Assembly: GCA_963978095.1 (NCBI GenBank)
Contig: CAXBQP010000007.1
Location: forward strand, 1-64,000
From: an uncultured bacterium
GTDB taxonomy: Bacteria > Gemmatimonadota > Gemmatimonadetes > Gemmatimonadales > Gemmatimonadaceae
Direction of reading: 5' to 3'
DNA length: 64,000 bases
In this document: positions 9,983 through 20,049 of the stretch, piece after piece
Layout of the letters: each line of letters begins with the position of its first letter
How positions within the stretch are numbered: position 1 is the stretch's first letter
The notes under the pieces: model-generated
What the model was told of the DNA's origin: nothing
Database searches by the model: none
What the model saw: only the letters and a program-made list of their open reading frames with translations
Program-made: the position numbers and the translations under genes

Positions 9983-10599
9983 CGACTGAAGTGGCCGCGG
10001 CATCCGCCCGGCCGCACAGCGAGACAGCCGGCCGCATCGGGCCGAACGCGATTCTACAGACGGTCGCCGTCATCCGCGCCCGATTCGGCGACGCCGCCGC
10101 CTCCCGTGTCCTCGCCGGTACGCCGTGGCGCCTTGAGCATCTGCCCGAAGAGATGGTGCCCGAACGTGATGTGTTGACGGTGGTGCACGCGACGCTGCGT
10201 GACCTCGGGTACGAACAGGGGCATCGCGTCATGGATGCGGCCGGCGCCAGAACGGCACGTTACTTGTTGGCGCAGCGGATTCCCAAGGCGGCCCAATGCA
10301 TCATGAAACTCGTACCGGCACCGATCGCACTCCGGATCCTGCTGACGGCGATTCAGCGCAACAGTTGGACCTTCGCCGGGAGCGCGACCTTCGTGGTCCG
10401 GTACGGCGGGCCCGCGGTCGTCGAATTCCACGACTGCGCGATGTGCCGGGGACTGCACGGCACGGCATCCGCATGCGCATTCTACGAGGCGACGTTTCGC
10501 GAACTCCTGCTCGCACTGGTGAGCCCACGCGCCCGCGTGATCGAAACCGCGTGCATGGCGGCCGATGCGGAGTGCTGTCGATTCCAGCTCTGGGTCTGA
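9979..10599 (+). CDS. bchJ: BchJ (V4R domain protein)
   Basis: RIGPNAILQ N-terminal motif, RYLLAQRIP, WTFAGS, C-terminal CAFYEATF...ETACMA...CRF; ATGA overlap with hemN. Confidence 0.88.
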   Translation: MTTEVAAASARPHSETAGRIGPNAILQTVAVIRARFGDAAASRVLAGTPWRLEHLPEEMVPERDVLTVVHATLRDLGYEQGHRVMDAAGARTARYLLAQRIPKAAQCIMKLVPAPIALRILLTAIQRNSWTFAGSATFVVRYGGPAVVEFHDCAMCRGLHGTASACAFYEATFRELLLALVSPRARVIETACMAADAECCRFQLWV

Positions 10600-10603
10600 C
10601 GAC

Positions 10604-11635
10604 TCAGGACGCGGAGGGGATGTCCACCGTGATGGGCGTGCGCGTGCCGGCATCATTGACGGCCACCAACCCCTCATGCTCCGCGACCCGAATCATGGCA
10701 ATCGCGACAGGCCCCGACCGCGGTGACGACGCCACGCTGCGCACGTCGCCGACGACATCGCCGCTGGCGTTGACGATCGCATCGCCGGTGCGCAACGGCA
10801 TCGCGGCATGGACGACGCGCAGGAGCTTGTTGACATGGCCACGGAAATGCAGCCGCGCCACGGTCTCCTGCCCGGTATAGCACCCCTTGGTATAGGAGAT
10901 CCCGCCGAGCGTATCGAGTCCTGCCTCGTGCGCCAGCGTGTCGTCGTTCATGTCGATTCCCCATCGGGGAATACCGGCCTCGACGCGCGCGATCTCGAAC
11001 GCCGTACGCCCGACGGGGCGCACGCCATGACGGACGAAGGCATCCCACAGGGTCGCGGCATGTTCCACGGGAACAAAGCAGTCGAAGCCGATGCCGTCGA
11101 TGGCTGTCGAGCGCAGGAGATGGATTGGGGTCTCGTGGAATGGGACGCGCACATGCTGGTACGGCGCGAGCGCAGTGACGACCGAGGGGGCGCACGAGAG
11201 GACGGCGGCGACGGCCGCCGCGCTGTCCGGACCGTACACGCCGACACAGCGCAGCACCGCGGAGACATCGGTGTACGTGGCCAATCGCGGATTCACATAG
11301 CGCCGGATCATCGCGGCGAACCCGGGGCTGCAGTCGGCGCCGGTGTCGACCAGAATGTCGTCGGCACGCGCCAGGATCCGCACATCGGCGATCACCTTGC
11401 CCTTGGGCGTGAGTGCACCGGCGAACTGGCCCTCGCCGGGGCGCAAGGCGACCACATCGTTCGTGACGAGCCCGGTCAGTGTCATCGCGGGCTGCCGGCC
11501 CGCGAAGAGCATCCGCAGGCGGCTGCTCCGGTCCACGAGTCCCGCGGCGTCGCGTACCGCGGAATACTCGGCGGTCACGTCACCGAAATCATCCTGCGCG
11601 TCGAAGCCTGGCGCGAAGCCGGGTGTTGTCATCAT
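10604..11635 (-). CDS. ygfZ: YgfZ/GcvT-family folate-binding protein
   Basis: KGCYTGQE signature, LTPKGKVIAD, RVEAGIP. Confidence 0.85.
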   Translation of the reverse strand: MMTTPGFAPGFDAQDDFGDVTAEYSAVRDAAGLVDRSSRLRMLFAGRQPAMTLTGLVTNDVVALRPGEGQFAGALTPKGKVIADVRILARADDILVDTGADCSPGFAAMIRRYVNPRLATYTDVSAVLRCVGVYGPDSAAAVAAVLSCAPSVVTALAPYQHVRVPFHETPIHLLRSTAIDGIGFDCFVPVEHAATLWDAFVRHGVRPVGRTAFEIARVEAGIPRWGIDMNDDTLAHEAGLDTLGGISYTKGCYTGQETVARLHFRGHVNKLLRVVHAAMPLRTGDAIVNASGDVVGDVRSVASSPRSGPVAIAMIRVAEHEGLVAVNDAGTRTPITVDIPSAS

Positions 11636-12321
11636 TCGGAATGGGCTTCCAAGGCGAGTACCTCGGATATGGTCAACTGCTCCAGTGTCGGGATCCATCC
11701 ATCGGCCCGGAACGCGATCGGCGCGGCGATCGGTCCCGTCGCGAACACGCGAACGCCGGGTCCTTTCGCCGCGTCGATGCTGGCTCGAGTACCGCACAGC
11801 GCGATGACGACGGCGGCATCCTGCTCGCGGGCCGCCACACGAGCGACGAGACGGCGCCGGACACCCTGCCATCGTTCGGCGAGCGTGGTGTGCGAGCCGC
11901 CCTCGTCTTCGCAACCGATGTGGCTGAACTGGTCCGCCAGGCCGGCGAGTTCCACAACATGCATCACTTCGGCTCGTGTTGTCGACGCGACCAGTCCGAC
12001 GACCGCGCGCGAAGCGGCATTGCGCACGAACTCGGCGGCGCCCGGCATCAGGGTGATGCCGCGTGATGCGGCGGCCATCTGGGCGGCGGTCGCCCGCATC
12101 GTCGCGAGGTCGAGGCCGGTCTCGTCGAGCTCGAGTGCGGTCCCCTGTGCGGCTCCTCGCACGGCATCGGCGATCGACAGGCCGGCGCACCGCGCATCGT
12201 AGACGTCGTCGTCGATCGCGATCTGTTCCGGCCGGAGCGCTTCCCGGAGGGCGGCGAGCCGCGAGTCGCGCGTGCTGGCGAGCAGATCGTGAAACTCCAA
12301 AATGAACACGGGCCGGGTCAT
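11632..12321 (-). CDS. HAD-superfamily-like protein with degenerate motif I
   Basis: FILEFHDLLAST where FDxDGTL is expected, LMPGAAEFV, VGLVASTTR; ATGA overlaps on both sides. Confidence 0.6.
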   Translation of the reverse strand: MTRPVFILEFHDLLASTRDSRLAALREALRPEQIAIDDDVYDARCAGLSIADAVRGAAQGTALELDETGLDLATMRATAAQMAAASRGITLMPGAAEFVRNAASRAVVGLVASTTRAEVMHVVELAGLADQFSHIGCEDEGGSHTTLAERWQGVRRRLVARVAAREQDAAVVIALCGTRASIDAAKGPGVRVFATGPIAAPIAFRADGWIPTLEQLTISEVLALEAHSE

Positions 12322-13589
12322 GCCGAGCGGCCCGCACGGGCTCGACGTCCATACGACGCGTCGAGCAACTCGACCGGGTGACGCGCCACGGCCGCACTTC
12401 CGGAGCGGGCGAGCCCTGCGCCGATTTGCATGAGACAGCCGGGATTCCCGGTCGCAACGATCTGCGCGTGCGTCGCGGCGATGTTGGCGAGCTTCGGCGC
12501 CAGCACACGATCCGAGACCTCGGGTTCGATCAAATTGTAGATGCCGGCGCTGCCGCAACATTGATCGCCGTCGGTGAGCGGCACGAGATCCAGCCCCTCG
12601 ATCGCGCCCAGGACCGCGAGTGGCGGAGTCACCAGGCGCTGTCCGTGCATCAGGTGACAGGGGGCGTCATAGGTCACGCGCTTGCCGATGGCGGCACCCG
12701 CCACTGGGCCTGCGGCAACGAGCAGCTCGCTCACGTCGCGTACCGTGGCGGCGAAGGCGGCGGCGCGCGCTTTCCACTCGGCGTCGTCCTTCAGGAGATG
12801 GCCGTACTCCTTCAGCATGGCGCCGCAGCCGGCCGAGTTCACGGCGACCCAGGCAGCACCACTCCGTTCGAACGCCGCGATGTTGCGGCGGGCCAGCTCG
12901 CGCGCCGTCGCGGCATCGCCGGCATGCGCGTGCAAGGCGCCACAGCACTGTTGCCCGGCGGCGTGCGTCACGCGGTAGCCATTCTCGCTCAAGGTGCGTT
13001 CGGTGGCGCGGTTCACGTCGCTGAACAGCCCTTCCATGACGCAGCCGTCGAGCGTCGCGACGGTGCCACGCTCGCCGGTGGCGCGCGGCGTCCATGGTTG
13101 CGGATGCACACTGCGGCGCGTCGAATGCAGCATCGCCATCCCGAAGCCGGAACTGCCGGGAAGGGCAGACAGCACCTTGGCGATTCCCGCGGCCCGGAGC
13201 AGGCGGGCGCCGGTCATGGCGACCAGGAGTGCCCACGGCCGAGCGAACGTCCAGAGAATCGCGCGCGCGACGAACGGCAGCGGACGATCGTCGGCGATGC
13301 GCGCCCGAGTCTGTTCGAGCAAATGCCCATACGGCACGCCGGAGGGACATGCCGTCTCGCAGGCGCGGCACCCGAGACAACGATCCAAGTGCTCCAGCAC
13401 GGCAGTGTCGTGGGTCGCCAGGGCGCCATCGGCGAGCGCCTTCATGAGGACGATCCGGCCGCGCGGCGAATCATTCTCGTCGTCCAGCGCGAGGTACGTG
13501 GGGCACGCCTGCAGGCAGAAGCCGCAATGCACGCACAGCTCCGATCCCGGGAGCAAACGGTTGGCAGCGTCTGGGGACGTTGTACTCAT
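12318..13589 (-). CDS. glcF: Glycolate oxidase Fe-S subunit
   Basis: CVHCGFCLQACPTY, DSPRGRI, CLGCRACETACPSGV, two CCG domains. Confidence 0.9.
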   Translation of the reverse strand: MSTTSPDAANRLLPGSELCVHCGFCLQACPTYLALDDENDSPRGRIVLMKALADGALATHDTAVLEHLDRCLGCRACETACPSGVPYGHLLEQTRARIADDRPLPFVARAILWTFARPWALLVAMTGARLLRAAGIAKVLSALPGSSGFGMAMLHSTRRSVHPQPWTPRATGERGTVATLDGCVMEGLFSDVNRATERTLSENGYRVTHAAGQQCCGALHAHAGDAATARELARRNIAAFERSGAAWVAVNSAGCGAMLKEYGHLLKDDAEWKARAAAFAATVRDVSELLVAAGPVAGAAIGKRVTYDAPCHLMHGQRLVTPPLAVLGAIEGLDLVPLTDGDQCCGSAGIYNLIEPEVSDRVLAPKLANIAATHAQIVATGNPGCLMQIGAGLARSGSAAVARHPVELLDASYGRRARAGRSA

Positions 13590-14506
13590 GACGCGATCTC
13601 GCCGAGCACGCTCGGATTCAGGATTCCGTGGGGATCGAACTTCCGCTTCACCCGGGCCGCCAAGGGCGAGGCATAGCTGTCGGTGAAATGTCGTGGCTGC
13701 GGGTCGCACGCCCGATACCGCGTCCACACGGACGGATCGACCTCATGAACGGCTCCGAGCTCCCTGAGACGTCGCACCGACTCCGCGACGAACGCGGCGT
13801 TTCCGCCCAGCCGCACCAAGAGCCGAGGCGTTCCCAGTCCCAGTGCGACCGCGTCTGCGGCGCTGAGCATCTCGCACGCGAGCGGCAGATACGGCCCTCG
13901 GCGAAACGCGTCGATACGCGTCATCACCTGGGGTGCATCCGTGTCGCAGTCCACCGCGAGCGTTCGGTCCACCGACGGCAGCGCACGCAGCCGCATGCTG
14001 ATCTCCGTGATGATGCCGAGCGTCCCCCAGGAGCCCACCATGAGTCGGGTGAGATCGAAGCCGGCAACATTCTTCACCACACGTCCACCGCCCCGGGCGA
14101 CGGCGCCGGTACCGTCCACGAACTCGACGCCCAACGCGAGGTCGCGCGGCGCGCCCAGCGCGAAGCGGCACGGGCCGGTCGTTGCCGTGGCGAATGTCGC
14201 GCCGATCGTACCGGCGTCCATCCCCCATGGGAGCAGGGGACACCATTGGCCGTTGGCATGCGTCGCGTCGTGGAGCTCGGCGATGGTCGTGCCGGCGCGT
14301 GCGGTAAGCGTGAGATCACCTGGGACATACTCGACGATCCCCGCGATCGCGCCGACGGAGACCGGTGTCGCGCCCGCCGATGCCCGATCGAGGGCGAGCG
14401 GCCAGGTGCCCGCACCGCGGATCGCCAACGGACGGCCGACGCGTCCGCTCTCGCGAACCAGCATCGCGAGTTCGTCGGTGGACCGTGGCGTCAGCATCGC
14501 GTTCAC
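13586..14506 (-). CDS. glcE: Glycolate oxidase FAD-binding subunit
   Basis: GIVEYVPGDLTLTARAGT, GGRVVKNVAGFDL, GSWGTLG, FDPHGILNP. Confidence 0.88.
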   Translation of the reverse strand: MNAMLTPRSTDELAMLVRESGRVGRPLAIRGAGTWPLALDRASAGATPVSVGAIAGIVEYVPGDLTLTARAGTTIAELHDATHANGQWCPLLPWGMDAGTIGATFATATTGPCRFALGAPRDLALGVEFVDGTGAVARGGGRVVKNVAGFDLTRLMVGSWGTLGIITEISMRLRALPSVDRTLAVDCDTDAPQVMTRIDAFRRGPYLPLACEMLSAADAVALGLGTPRLLVRLGGNAAFVAESVRRLRELGAVHEVDPSVWTRYRACDPQPRHFTDSYASPLAARVKRKFDPHGILNPSVLGEIAS

Positions 14507-15912
14507 GCGTCGAACCCCGGCGCGCCGATCCATTCGCGACAGGCATGCGACGGAACGACCTTCCCCGGATTCGCCCGACGCAGCGGATCGAAGGCATCCC
14601 GCAGTCGACACATCGCGTCGAGCGAGTCGCCCGGGAAGAGTTGCGCCATGTACGGCAACTTGTCGAACCCGACGCCGTGCTCACCGCTGATGGTCCCCCC
14701 TTCGGCGATGCACAGTTCCATGATCGCCTTCATGGCCGAGTGGACGCGCGCATTTTCGTCCGGATCGTCGGCATTGTAGGGCACGTTCGGGTGCAGATTC
14801 CCGTCGCCGGCGTGAAAGACGTTGCACACGTGCACGCCATACTGCGCGCCGATTTCCGCGATGCGCGCCAGGATCGGGGCCAGTCGCGTGCGTGGGACCA
14901 CGGCGTCCTGCACCGCGAGGTGCGAGGCCACGCGGCCCATCGCCCCGAACGCTTTCTTGCGTCCCTGCCACAGCCGGGCACGGTCGGCGGCATCGCGCGC
15001 GGTCCGCACGTCGCGCGCCCCGCAGTCGCGACAGATCGCCGCGATCGCCGCCGCGTCATCGTCAAGGCCAAGTTCCGGGCCATCGACTTCCACCAGCAGC
15101 ACGGCGGCACAATCGGTGGGATAACCCGCGGCGTAGACCGATGCCTCCACGGCGGCGATGGTGGCGCGATCCATCAGCTCGAGCGCCGCCGGCAGGATCC
15201 CGGCGGCGATGACGGCACTCGTGGCACGCGCCGCATCGTCCATGCGTGCAAAGTCGGCGAGCATCGTGCGAATCCCCTCGGGATTCGGCGTCAATCGCAC
15301 CGTGACGTCGAGCGCCACGCCGAAGCACCCCTCGCTGCCGACGAAGGCCCCCATGAGATCGAGCCCGGCATCGCGGTCGGCGGGAGCGGTGAGTTTCACG
15401 ATCTCGCCGTCGGGCAACACGACGGTCGCGCCCTGCACATGATTCAGCGTGACACCATACTTGAGGCAGTGCGGCCCGCCCGCATTCTCGGCCACGTTGC
15501 CGCCGATCGTGCAGGCTGTCTGACTCGAGGGGTCCGGCGCGTAGTGCAAGCCGAAGGGTGCAGCCGCCTTGGTGAGGTTGGCGTTGACGACCCCCGGTTC
15601 CACGACCGCAAGGCGCGCGACCGGATCGATGGACCGGATCGCCTTCAGACGGTGCAGGCCGAGCAGGACCACGCCGTCGGCCAGCGCGCCCCCCGAGAGA
15701 CCGGTGCCGGCCCCTCGCGCCACCCACGGCAGCCCCGCGGCGTACAGCGCGCGAATCACCGCCACGACCTCGTCCGCGGTTCCGGGCAGCACCACCACCG
15801 ACGGACGCTGATGATAGCCCGGCAGGGCATCGTTCTCGTACACCAGCAGTTCGCTGCTGCGGGTGAGCACATGGCGGTCGCCGACAATGCGGCGGAGAGT
15901 CTCGACGGGCAC
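14503..15912 (-). CDS. glcD: Glycolate oxidase subunit
   Basis: RGAGTGLSGGA, YAPDPSSQTACTIGGNVAENAGGPHCLKYG, FHAGDGNLHP, GEHGVG. Confidence 0.92.
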   Translation of the reverse strand: MPVETLRRIVGDRHVLTRSSELLVYENDALPGYHQRPSVVVLPGTADEVVAVIRALYAAGLPWVARGAGTGLSGGALADGVVLLGLHRLKAIRSIDPVARLAVVEPGVVNANLTKAAAPFGLHYAPDPSSQTACTIGGNVAENAGGPHCLKYGVTLNHVQGATVVLPDGEIVKLTAPADRDAGLDLMGAFVGSEGCFGVALDVTVRLTPNPEGIRTMLADFARMDDAARATSAVIAAGILPAALELMDRATIAAVEASVYAAGYPTDCAAVLLVEVDGPELGLDDDAAAIAAICRDCGARDVRTARDAADRARLWQGRKKAFGAMGRVASHLAVQDAVVPRTRLAPILARIAEIGAQYGVHVCNVFHAGDGNLHPNVPYNADDPDENARVHSAMKAIMELCIAEGGTISGEHGVGFDKLPYMAQLFPGDSLDAMCRLRDAFDPLRRANPGKVVPSHACREWIGAPGFDA

Positions 15913-16009
15913 CCTTCAAGATGCGCGAAGGGCCGAGCCAGTCAAAGGCTCGGCCCTCCGAAATCCGCCGTCGACGCCGCTCCGGGGGGCGCCGCGGCAG
16001 AACTCGCGA

Positions 16010-16903
16010 TCAGGTCGGAGACCAGAACCCCATGAGCGAGCGCCCTTCCGGCGACGAACGCAACTTCTCGAACGCGCGCTCGCGAATCTGACGAATACGC
16101 TCGCGCGTCACGCCCATCAGCGCGCCGATCTTCTCGAGCGTCATCGCCTCGGCGCCCTCGTCCAGTCCGTAGTACAGCTGGAGGATCTTGCGCTCCCGCG
16201 GCGTGAGGTACCGCTGGAAGACCTTGTCGATCGTCTCGCGCATGAGCTTGAAGTCGGTGACCTCCTCGATCTCGACGCCGTCCTGGCCGGTGAAGCGCTC
16301 ACCGAGCGTACTGGCTTCACGATCGCTGCGGTCCACCGGTGCGTCGAGCGAGATCTCGGTGGCGGACATCTGCTTGGCGGCGCGCACCTGCTCCGGCGTC
16401 TCGTCGAGGAGACGCCCCAGCTCGTGGTCCGTCGGGTCACGCTTGAGCACCTGCGAGAGCACCGTTTCGGCGCGCGACAGGCGGATGAGCTGCGAGTTCT
16501 GGTTGAGCGGGATGCGCACCGAACGCGTCTGTTCCGCGAGCGCCTTGAGGACCGCTTGGCGCACCCACCAGACCGCGTACGAGATGAACTTCACCCCTTG
16601 CTCGGGGTCGAACTTGCGCACCGCCTTGAGGAGCCCTTCGTTGCCGATCGCGACGAGTTCGGAGAGGTCGAGGCCGTGCCCCTGATACTTCTTGACGTAC
16701 GAGATGACGAATCGGAGGTTGGCGGTCACCAGTCGCTCGGCAGCCAGCTCGTCGCCCTTTTGCGCCAGGCGGGCCAGGCGGCGTTCCTCACGCACGTCGG
16801 TGATGAGCGGGAGCTTCTGGATGTCCAGAAGGTACTGGTCGAACGCCGACGACGGCGACGAGCGGAAGAATCCCTTGGATCTCGACTGAGTCACATGCTG
16901 CAT
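16010..16903 (-). CDS. RpoD/SigA-family alternative sigma factor (no region 1.1)
   Basis: DQYLLDI (1.2), NLRFVISYVKKY, FISYAVWWVRQA, RSVRIP, TLEKIGALMGVTRERIRQI; 297 aa. Confidence 0.92.
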   Translation of the reverse strand: MQHVTQSRSKGFFRSSPSSAFDQYLLDIQKLPLITDVREERRLARLAQKGDELAAERLVTANLRFVISYVKKYQGHGLDLSELVAIGNEGLLKAVRKFDPEQGVKFISYAVWWVRQAVLKALAEQTRSVRIPLNQNSQLIRLSRAETVLSQVLKRDPTDHELGRLLDETPEQVRAAKQMSATEISLDAPVDRSDREASTLGERFTGQDGVEIEEVTDFKLMRETIDKVFQRYLTPRERKILQLYYGLDEGAEAMTLEKIGALMGVTRERIRQIRERAFEKLRSSPEGRSLMGFWSPT

Positions 16904-17161
16904 ACACACCCCGGAACGTCGAATGGGTAGTGAACACCCGATCCATGGCTGGATCGGGTCGCGGGCAGACCTGCGTCGTGCGCTTCCTGACTCGTGCGTG
17001 ACATCTTCTCCGACGCGGCAGGATATGTCGCGGGGCAGCCAGCGGTCAACACCCGCCAACCCACCGAACCGGATATCGGGGAGCAGGAGACGTCTTAACC
17101 TGTTGTCGGGAATACGTTTACAGAATAGTCACAAATCTGCGCACCCGACCCGTGACGGGGA

Positions 17162-18277
17162 CTACCGCGTCGTTTCGCGCAGGGCGTCCAGGACGATGGC
17201 GTCCGGCACGGGGGTTCCCCACCCATGTGCGCTACCGGACATCGCGCCGATCCTCGACGGGAGCGCGTACTCCACGGCGCCATCGCGCGCCTTCTTGTCG
17301 GTGCGCGTCGCCGCGAGCACCGCATGCGCCGTGATCTCCGTCGGAACCGCCACCGGCAGTCCGACCGCGCGCAGCACGTCCGCGATCTGCGCCGCGAGGG
17401 TGGGCTCGGCGACGCCGAGTGCGGCGGCGATCCGTGCTTCGACCACCATGCCGATGGCGACACATTCGCCATGGAGTCGCGTGTAGCCGCTGAGTGTTTC
17501 CACGGCATGGCCGATCGTGTGACCGAAGTTCAAGATCTTGCGCACGCCGGATTCCTTCTCGTCCGCAGCGACCACGCGTGCCTTGATCGCCACGTGCCGC
17601 CGCACGAGCTCGGCGCCGAGCGCATCGCCGGGACCGCCCGCGCGCACGATCTGCGCAGCATTGGCGTGGATGAAGGTGAAGTCCTCGGCGCTGGCCACGA
17701 CCCCATGTTTCACCGCTTCGGCGAGTCCGTTGCGCAGCTGTTCGACCGGGAGAGTGGCAAAGGTGCGCGGATCGGCGATCACCAGCGTGGGGTGGTGGAA
17801 GGCGCCGACCAGATTCTTGCCCGCCGGCGTATCGACCCCCGTCTTGCCGCCGACCGCTGCGTCGATCATGGCGAGCAGGGTCGTCGGGATCTGCACCACC
17901 GGGATCCCGCGCATGTACGTCGCCGCCACGAACCCCGCGATATCCCCGACGACGCCACCCCCCAACGCCAGGACGGCCGCGTCGCGCCCCACGCCGGCAT
18001 CCAGCATCTGATCGGTGAATCGCGACCAGCTCGCGCGCGTCTTGTGCGCCTCACCCGCGGGCATGGTGAGAATGCCTGACGGACCGATGCCGCAGCTGGC
18101 GGCGACGCGCGCTGCATAAAGCGGGGCAACGGTCTCGTCGCTCAGCAGTACCAGGCGGCGCGTGCCCAGCGCGTGGCGCACGAGAGGCCCGACCTCGTCG
18201 AGCACGCCGGCGCCGACGTGAATCTGCGAGCCATGCAGGTCGAACGTGGGGGCGAGGCCCGGCCCGGACGAGGTCAC
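17162..18277 (-). CDS. aroB: 3-dehydroquinate synthase
   Basis: GEAHKT, LGGGVVGDIAGF, PTTLLAMIDAAVGGKTG, GKNLVGAF, LNFGHTIGHA. Confidence 0.96.
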   Translation of the reverse strand: MTSSGPGLAPTFDLHGSQIHVGAGVLDEVGPLVRHALGTRRLVLLSDETVAPLYAARVAASCGIGPSGILTMPAGEAHKTRASWSRFTDQMLDAGVGRDAAVLALGGGVVGDIAGFVAATYMRGIPVVQIPTTLLAMIDAAVGGKTGVDTPAGKNLVGAFHHPTLVIADPRTFATLPVEQLRNGLAEAVKHGVVASAEDFTFIHANAAQIVRAGGPGDALGAELVRRHVAIKARVVAADEKESGVRKILNFGHTIGHAVETLSGYTRLHGECVAIGMVVEARIAAALGVAEPTLAAQIADVLRAVGLPVAVPTEITAHAVLAATRTDKKARDGAVEYALPSRIGAMSGSAHGWGTPVPDAIVLDALRETTR

Positions 18278-18311
18278 GACCGCAGTCGGCGGCGCGAGGT
18301 GGCGGGCCGCG

Positions 18312-18866
18312 TTACCAGGTCACCTCGCCCGCGCCCGCTCGCTTGTTGGCGACGCGCGCCAGCACGAAGAGCAGGTCGGAGAGACGATTCAGGTAGACGA
18401 TGATGATTTGCGGCACGTCGGCGCCGGTGTGCTGCAGGCTGATGATCGCCCGCTCCGCGCGGCGGCAGACCGTGCGCGCGACGTGCAACGCCGACGCCTT
18501 GGCGGTGCCACCAGGGAGGATGAACGCCTTGAGCGGATCGAGTTCGTCCTCGGCATCGTCGATGGCCTGCTCGAGCTGCGCGATCCGCTTGTCGCTGATG
18601 CGCGCCTTCTCGAGCTGCTCCTTGTGTTTCTCACGATTCGGCGTGGCCAACAGGGCGCCGATCGCGAAGAGGTCGCGTTGGACCGGCGCGAGCACCTCGT
18701 CGATGCGTGGCATCATGTCCGTGGAGCGCGCCATGCCGATGATGGCGTTCAGTTCGTCGACGTCGCCATAGGCGGAGACGCGGGCATCGTCCTTGGGGAC
18801 ACGTCCGCCGCCGTACAGTCCCGTGCGACCGTCGTCGCCGGTCTTGGTGTAGATCTTGATGGCCAT
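18312..18866 (-). CDS. pduO: Cob(I)alamin adenosyltransferase, PduO type
   Basis: KIYTKTGDDGRT, YGDVDELN, RTVCRRAER, YLNRLSDLLF. Confidence 0.93.
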   Translation of the reverse strand: MAIKIYTKTGDDGRTGLYGGGRVPKDDARVSAYGDVDELNAIIGMARSTDMMPRIDEVLAPVQRDLFAIGALLATPNREKHKEQLEKARISDKRIAQLEQAIDDAEDELDPLKAFILPGGTAKASALHVARTVCRRAERAIISLQHTGADVPQIIIVYLNRLSDLLFVLARVANKRAGAGEVTW

Positions 18867-19032
18867 CCCGAAATCTAACCGCAACCGGCGACGAGGGCGC
18901 GGCGCCGCTTTCGTCGGCTGATGGGCCGTGGAGTTCCGGGGGCGTCGAAGAACGCCGCGAGGTGCGCCGCTGTGGACATGTTCGGGCTCCGGACCGGTTG
19001 ATTCGCCGTTGGCGGACGGCGATCATTAACAG

Positions 19033-20049
19033 ATGCGACATGACATCCGAGACGTAACCATCATTGGCGCCGGTCCCGCTGGTCTGTTTGCCCAGTTCTA
19101 CGCGGGCATGCGCGGCGCGACGTCACAGATTCTCGACGCGCTCTCAGAGCCCGGCGGTCAGCTGGCCGCGCTCTATCCGGAAAAGTACATCTTCGACGTG
19201 GCGGGGTTCCCGAAGGTCCTGGCCAAGGATCTGGTCAGGGCGCTCATGGCGCAACAGGGACAGTTCAATGCTCCGGTGCACTGCAATCAGCGCGTTGTCG
19301 CGCTCCGGGAGGAGGACGGGCATTACGTCCTGATCACCGAGACGGACGAGTTCCCGACGCGCGCGGTGGTGCTCGCCGCGGGAATCGGGGCGTTCTCCCC
19401 CCGCCGGTTGCCGCAACCGTGCGCCGAGCCGTGGTACGGCAAGGGTATCGACGATCGCGTCGGCAGCCTGACCGTGTACGAGGGGCGACATGTCGTGATC
19501 GTCGGGGGAGGCGATTCGGCGTTTGACTGGGCGCACCAACTGCGCGGCGTCGCGGCCAGCGTGGCACTCGTGCATCGGAGCGATCGCTTCCGTGCCCACG
19601 CCGCCACTGTCGCCGAGGTGCAGGCAGCGGTCGACGCCGGGACGACGACGATGTACACGTTCCACGAACTCGCCGATGTGATCGCCGAAGACGGCCGGAT
19701 CGTGGCGCTCGATCTCAAGGACATCAAGGCCAAGAGCGTCCGGCGGATTCGTGCTGATGTGGTCCTGCCGATGCTCGGGTTCGTCAGCGACATGGGCCCG
19801 TTGCTCGAGTGGGGACTCAACCTCGACAAGGACGAGATCGTCGTGAACTCCGAAATGGAGACGGGGCGCGCCGGCATCTATGCGTGCGGCGATGTCACGA
19901 CCTACCCCGGCAAGCTCAAGCTGATCGCGAGCGGATTTGCCGAGGCGGCGACGGCGGTGAATCAGGCCGTCCACCATGTGTATCCGGAAAAGAAGGTGAA
20001 CCCCGGGCACTCGTCCAATCTGGCGGTGTTCGGCCAGAAGGATGACTAG
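19033..20049 (+). CDS. Ferredoxin-NADP+ reductase (TrxB-like, YumC type)
   Basis: GAGPAG, GGQLAALYPEKYIFDVAGF, GGGDSAFDW, YPGKLKLIASGF, PGHSS; no CxxC. Confidence 0.9.
   Translation: MRHDIRDVTIIGAGPAGLFAQFYAGMRGATSQILDALSEPGGQLAALYPEKYIFDVAGFPKVLAKDLVRALMAQQGQFNAPVHCNQRVVALREEDGHYVLITETDEFPTRAVVLAAGIGAFSPRRLPQPCAEPWYGKGIDDRVGSLTVYEGRHVVIVGGGDSAFDWAHQLRGVAASVALVHRSDRFRAHAATVAEVQAAVDAGTTTMYTFHELADVIAEDGRIVALDLKDIKAKSVRRIRADVVLPMLGFVSDMGPLLEWGLNLDKDEIVVNSEMETGRAGIYACGDVTTYPGKLKLIASGFAEAATAVNQAVHHVYPEKKVNPGHSSNLAVFGQKDD

Noticed and set aside
18312..18866. pduO as part of the bchE module
   Set aside because: It is about 8 kb away, on the other strand and followed by aroB; a generic housekeeping gene
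19003..19022. TCGCCGT-N6-ACGGCGA in the FNR promoter spacer as a MerR/SoxR operator
   Set aside because: The spacer is 17 nt rather than 19-20 and no merR-family gene is nearby; short GC-rich arms could be chance
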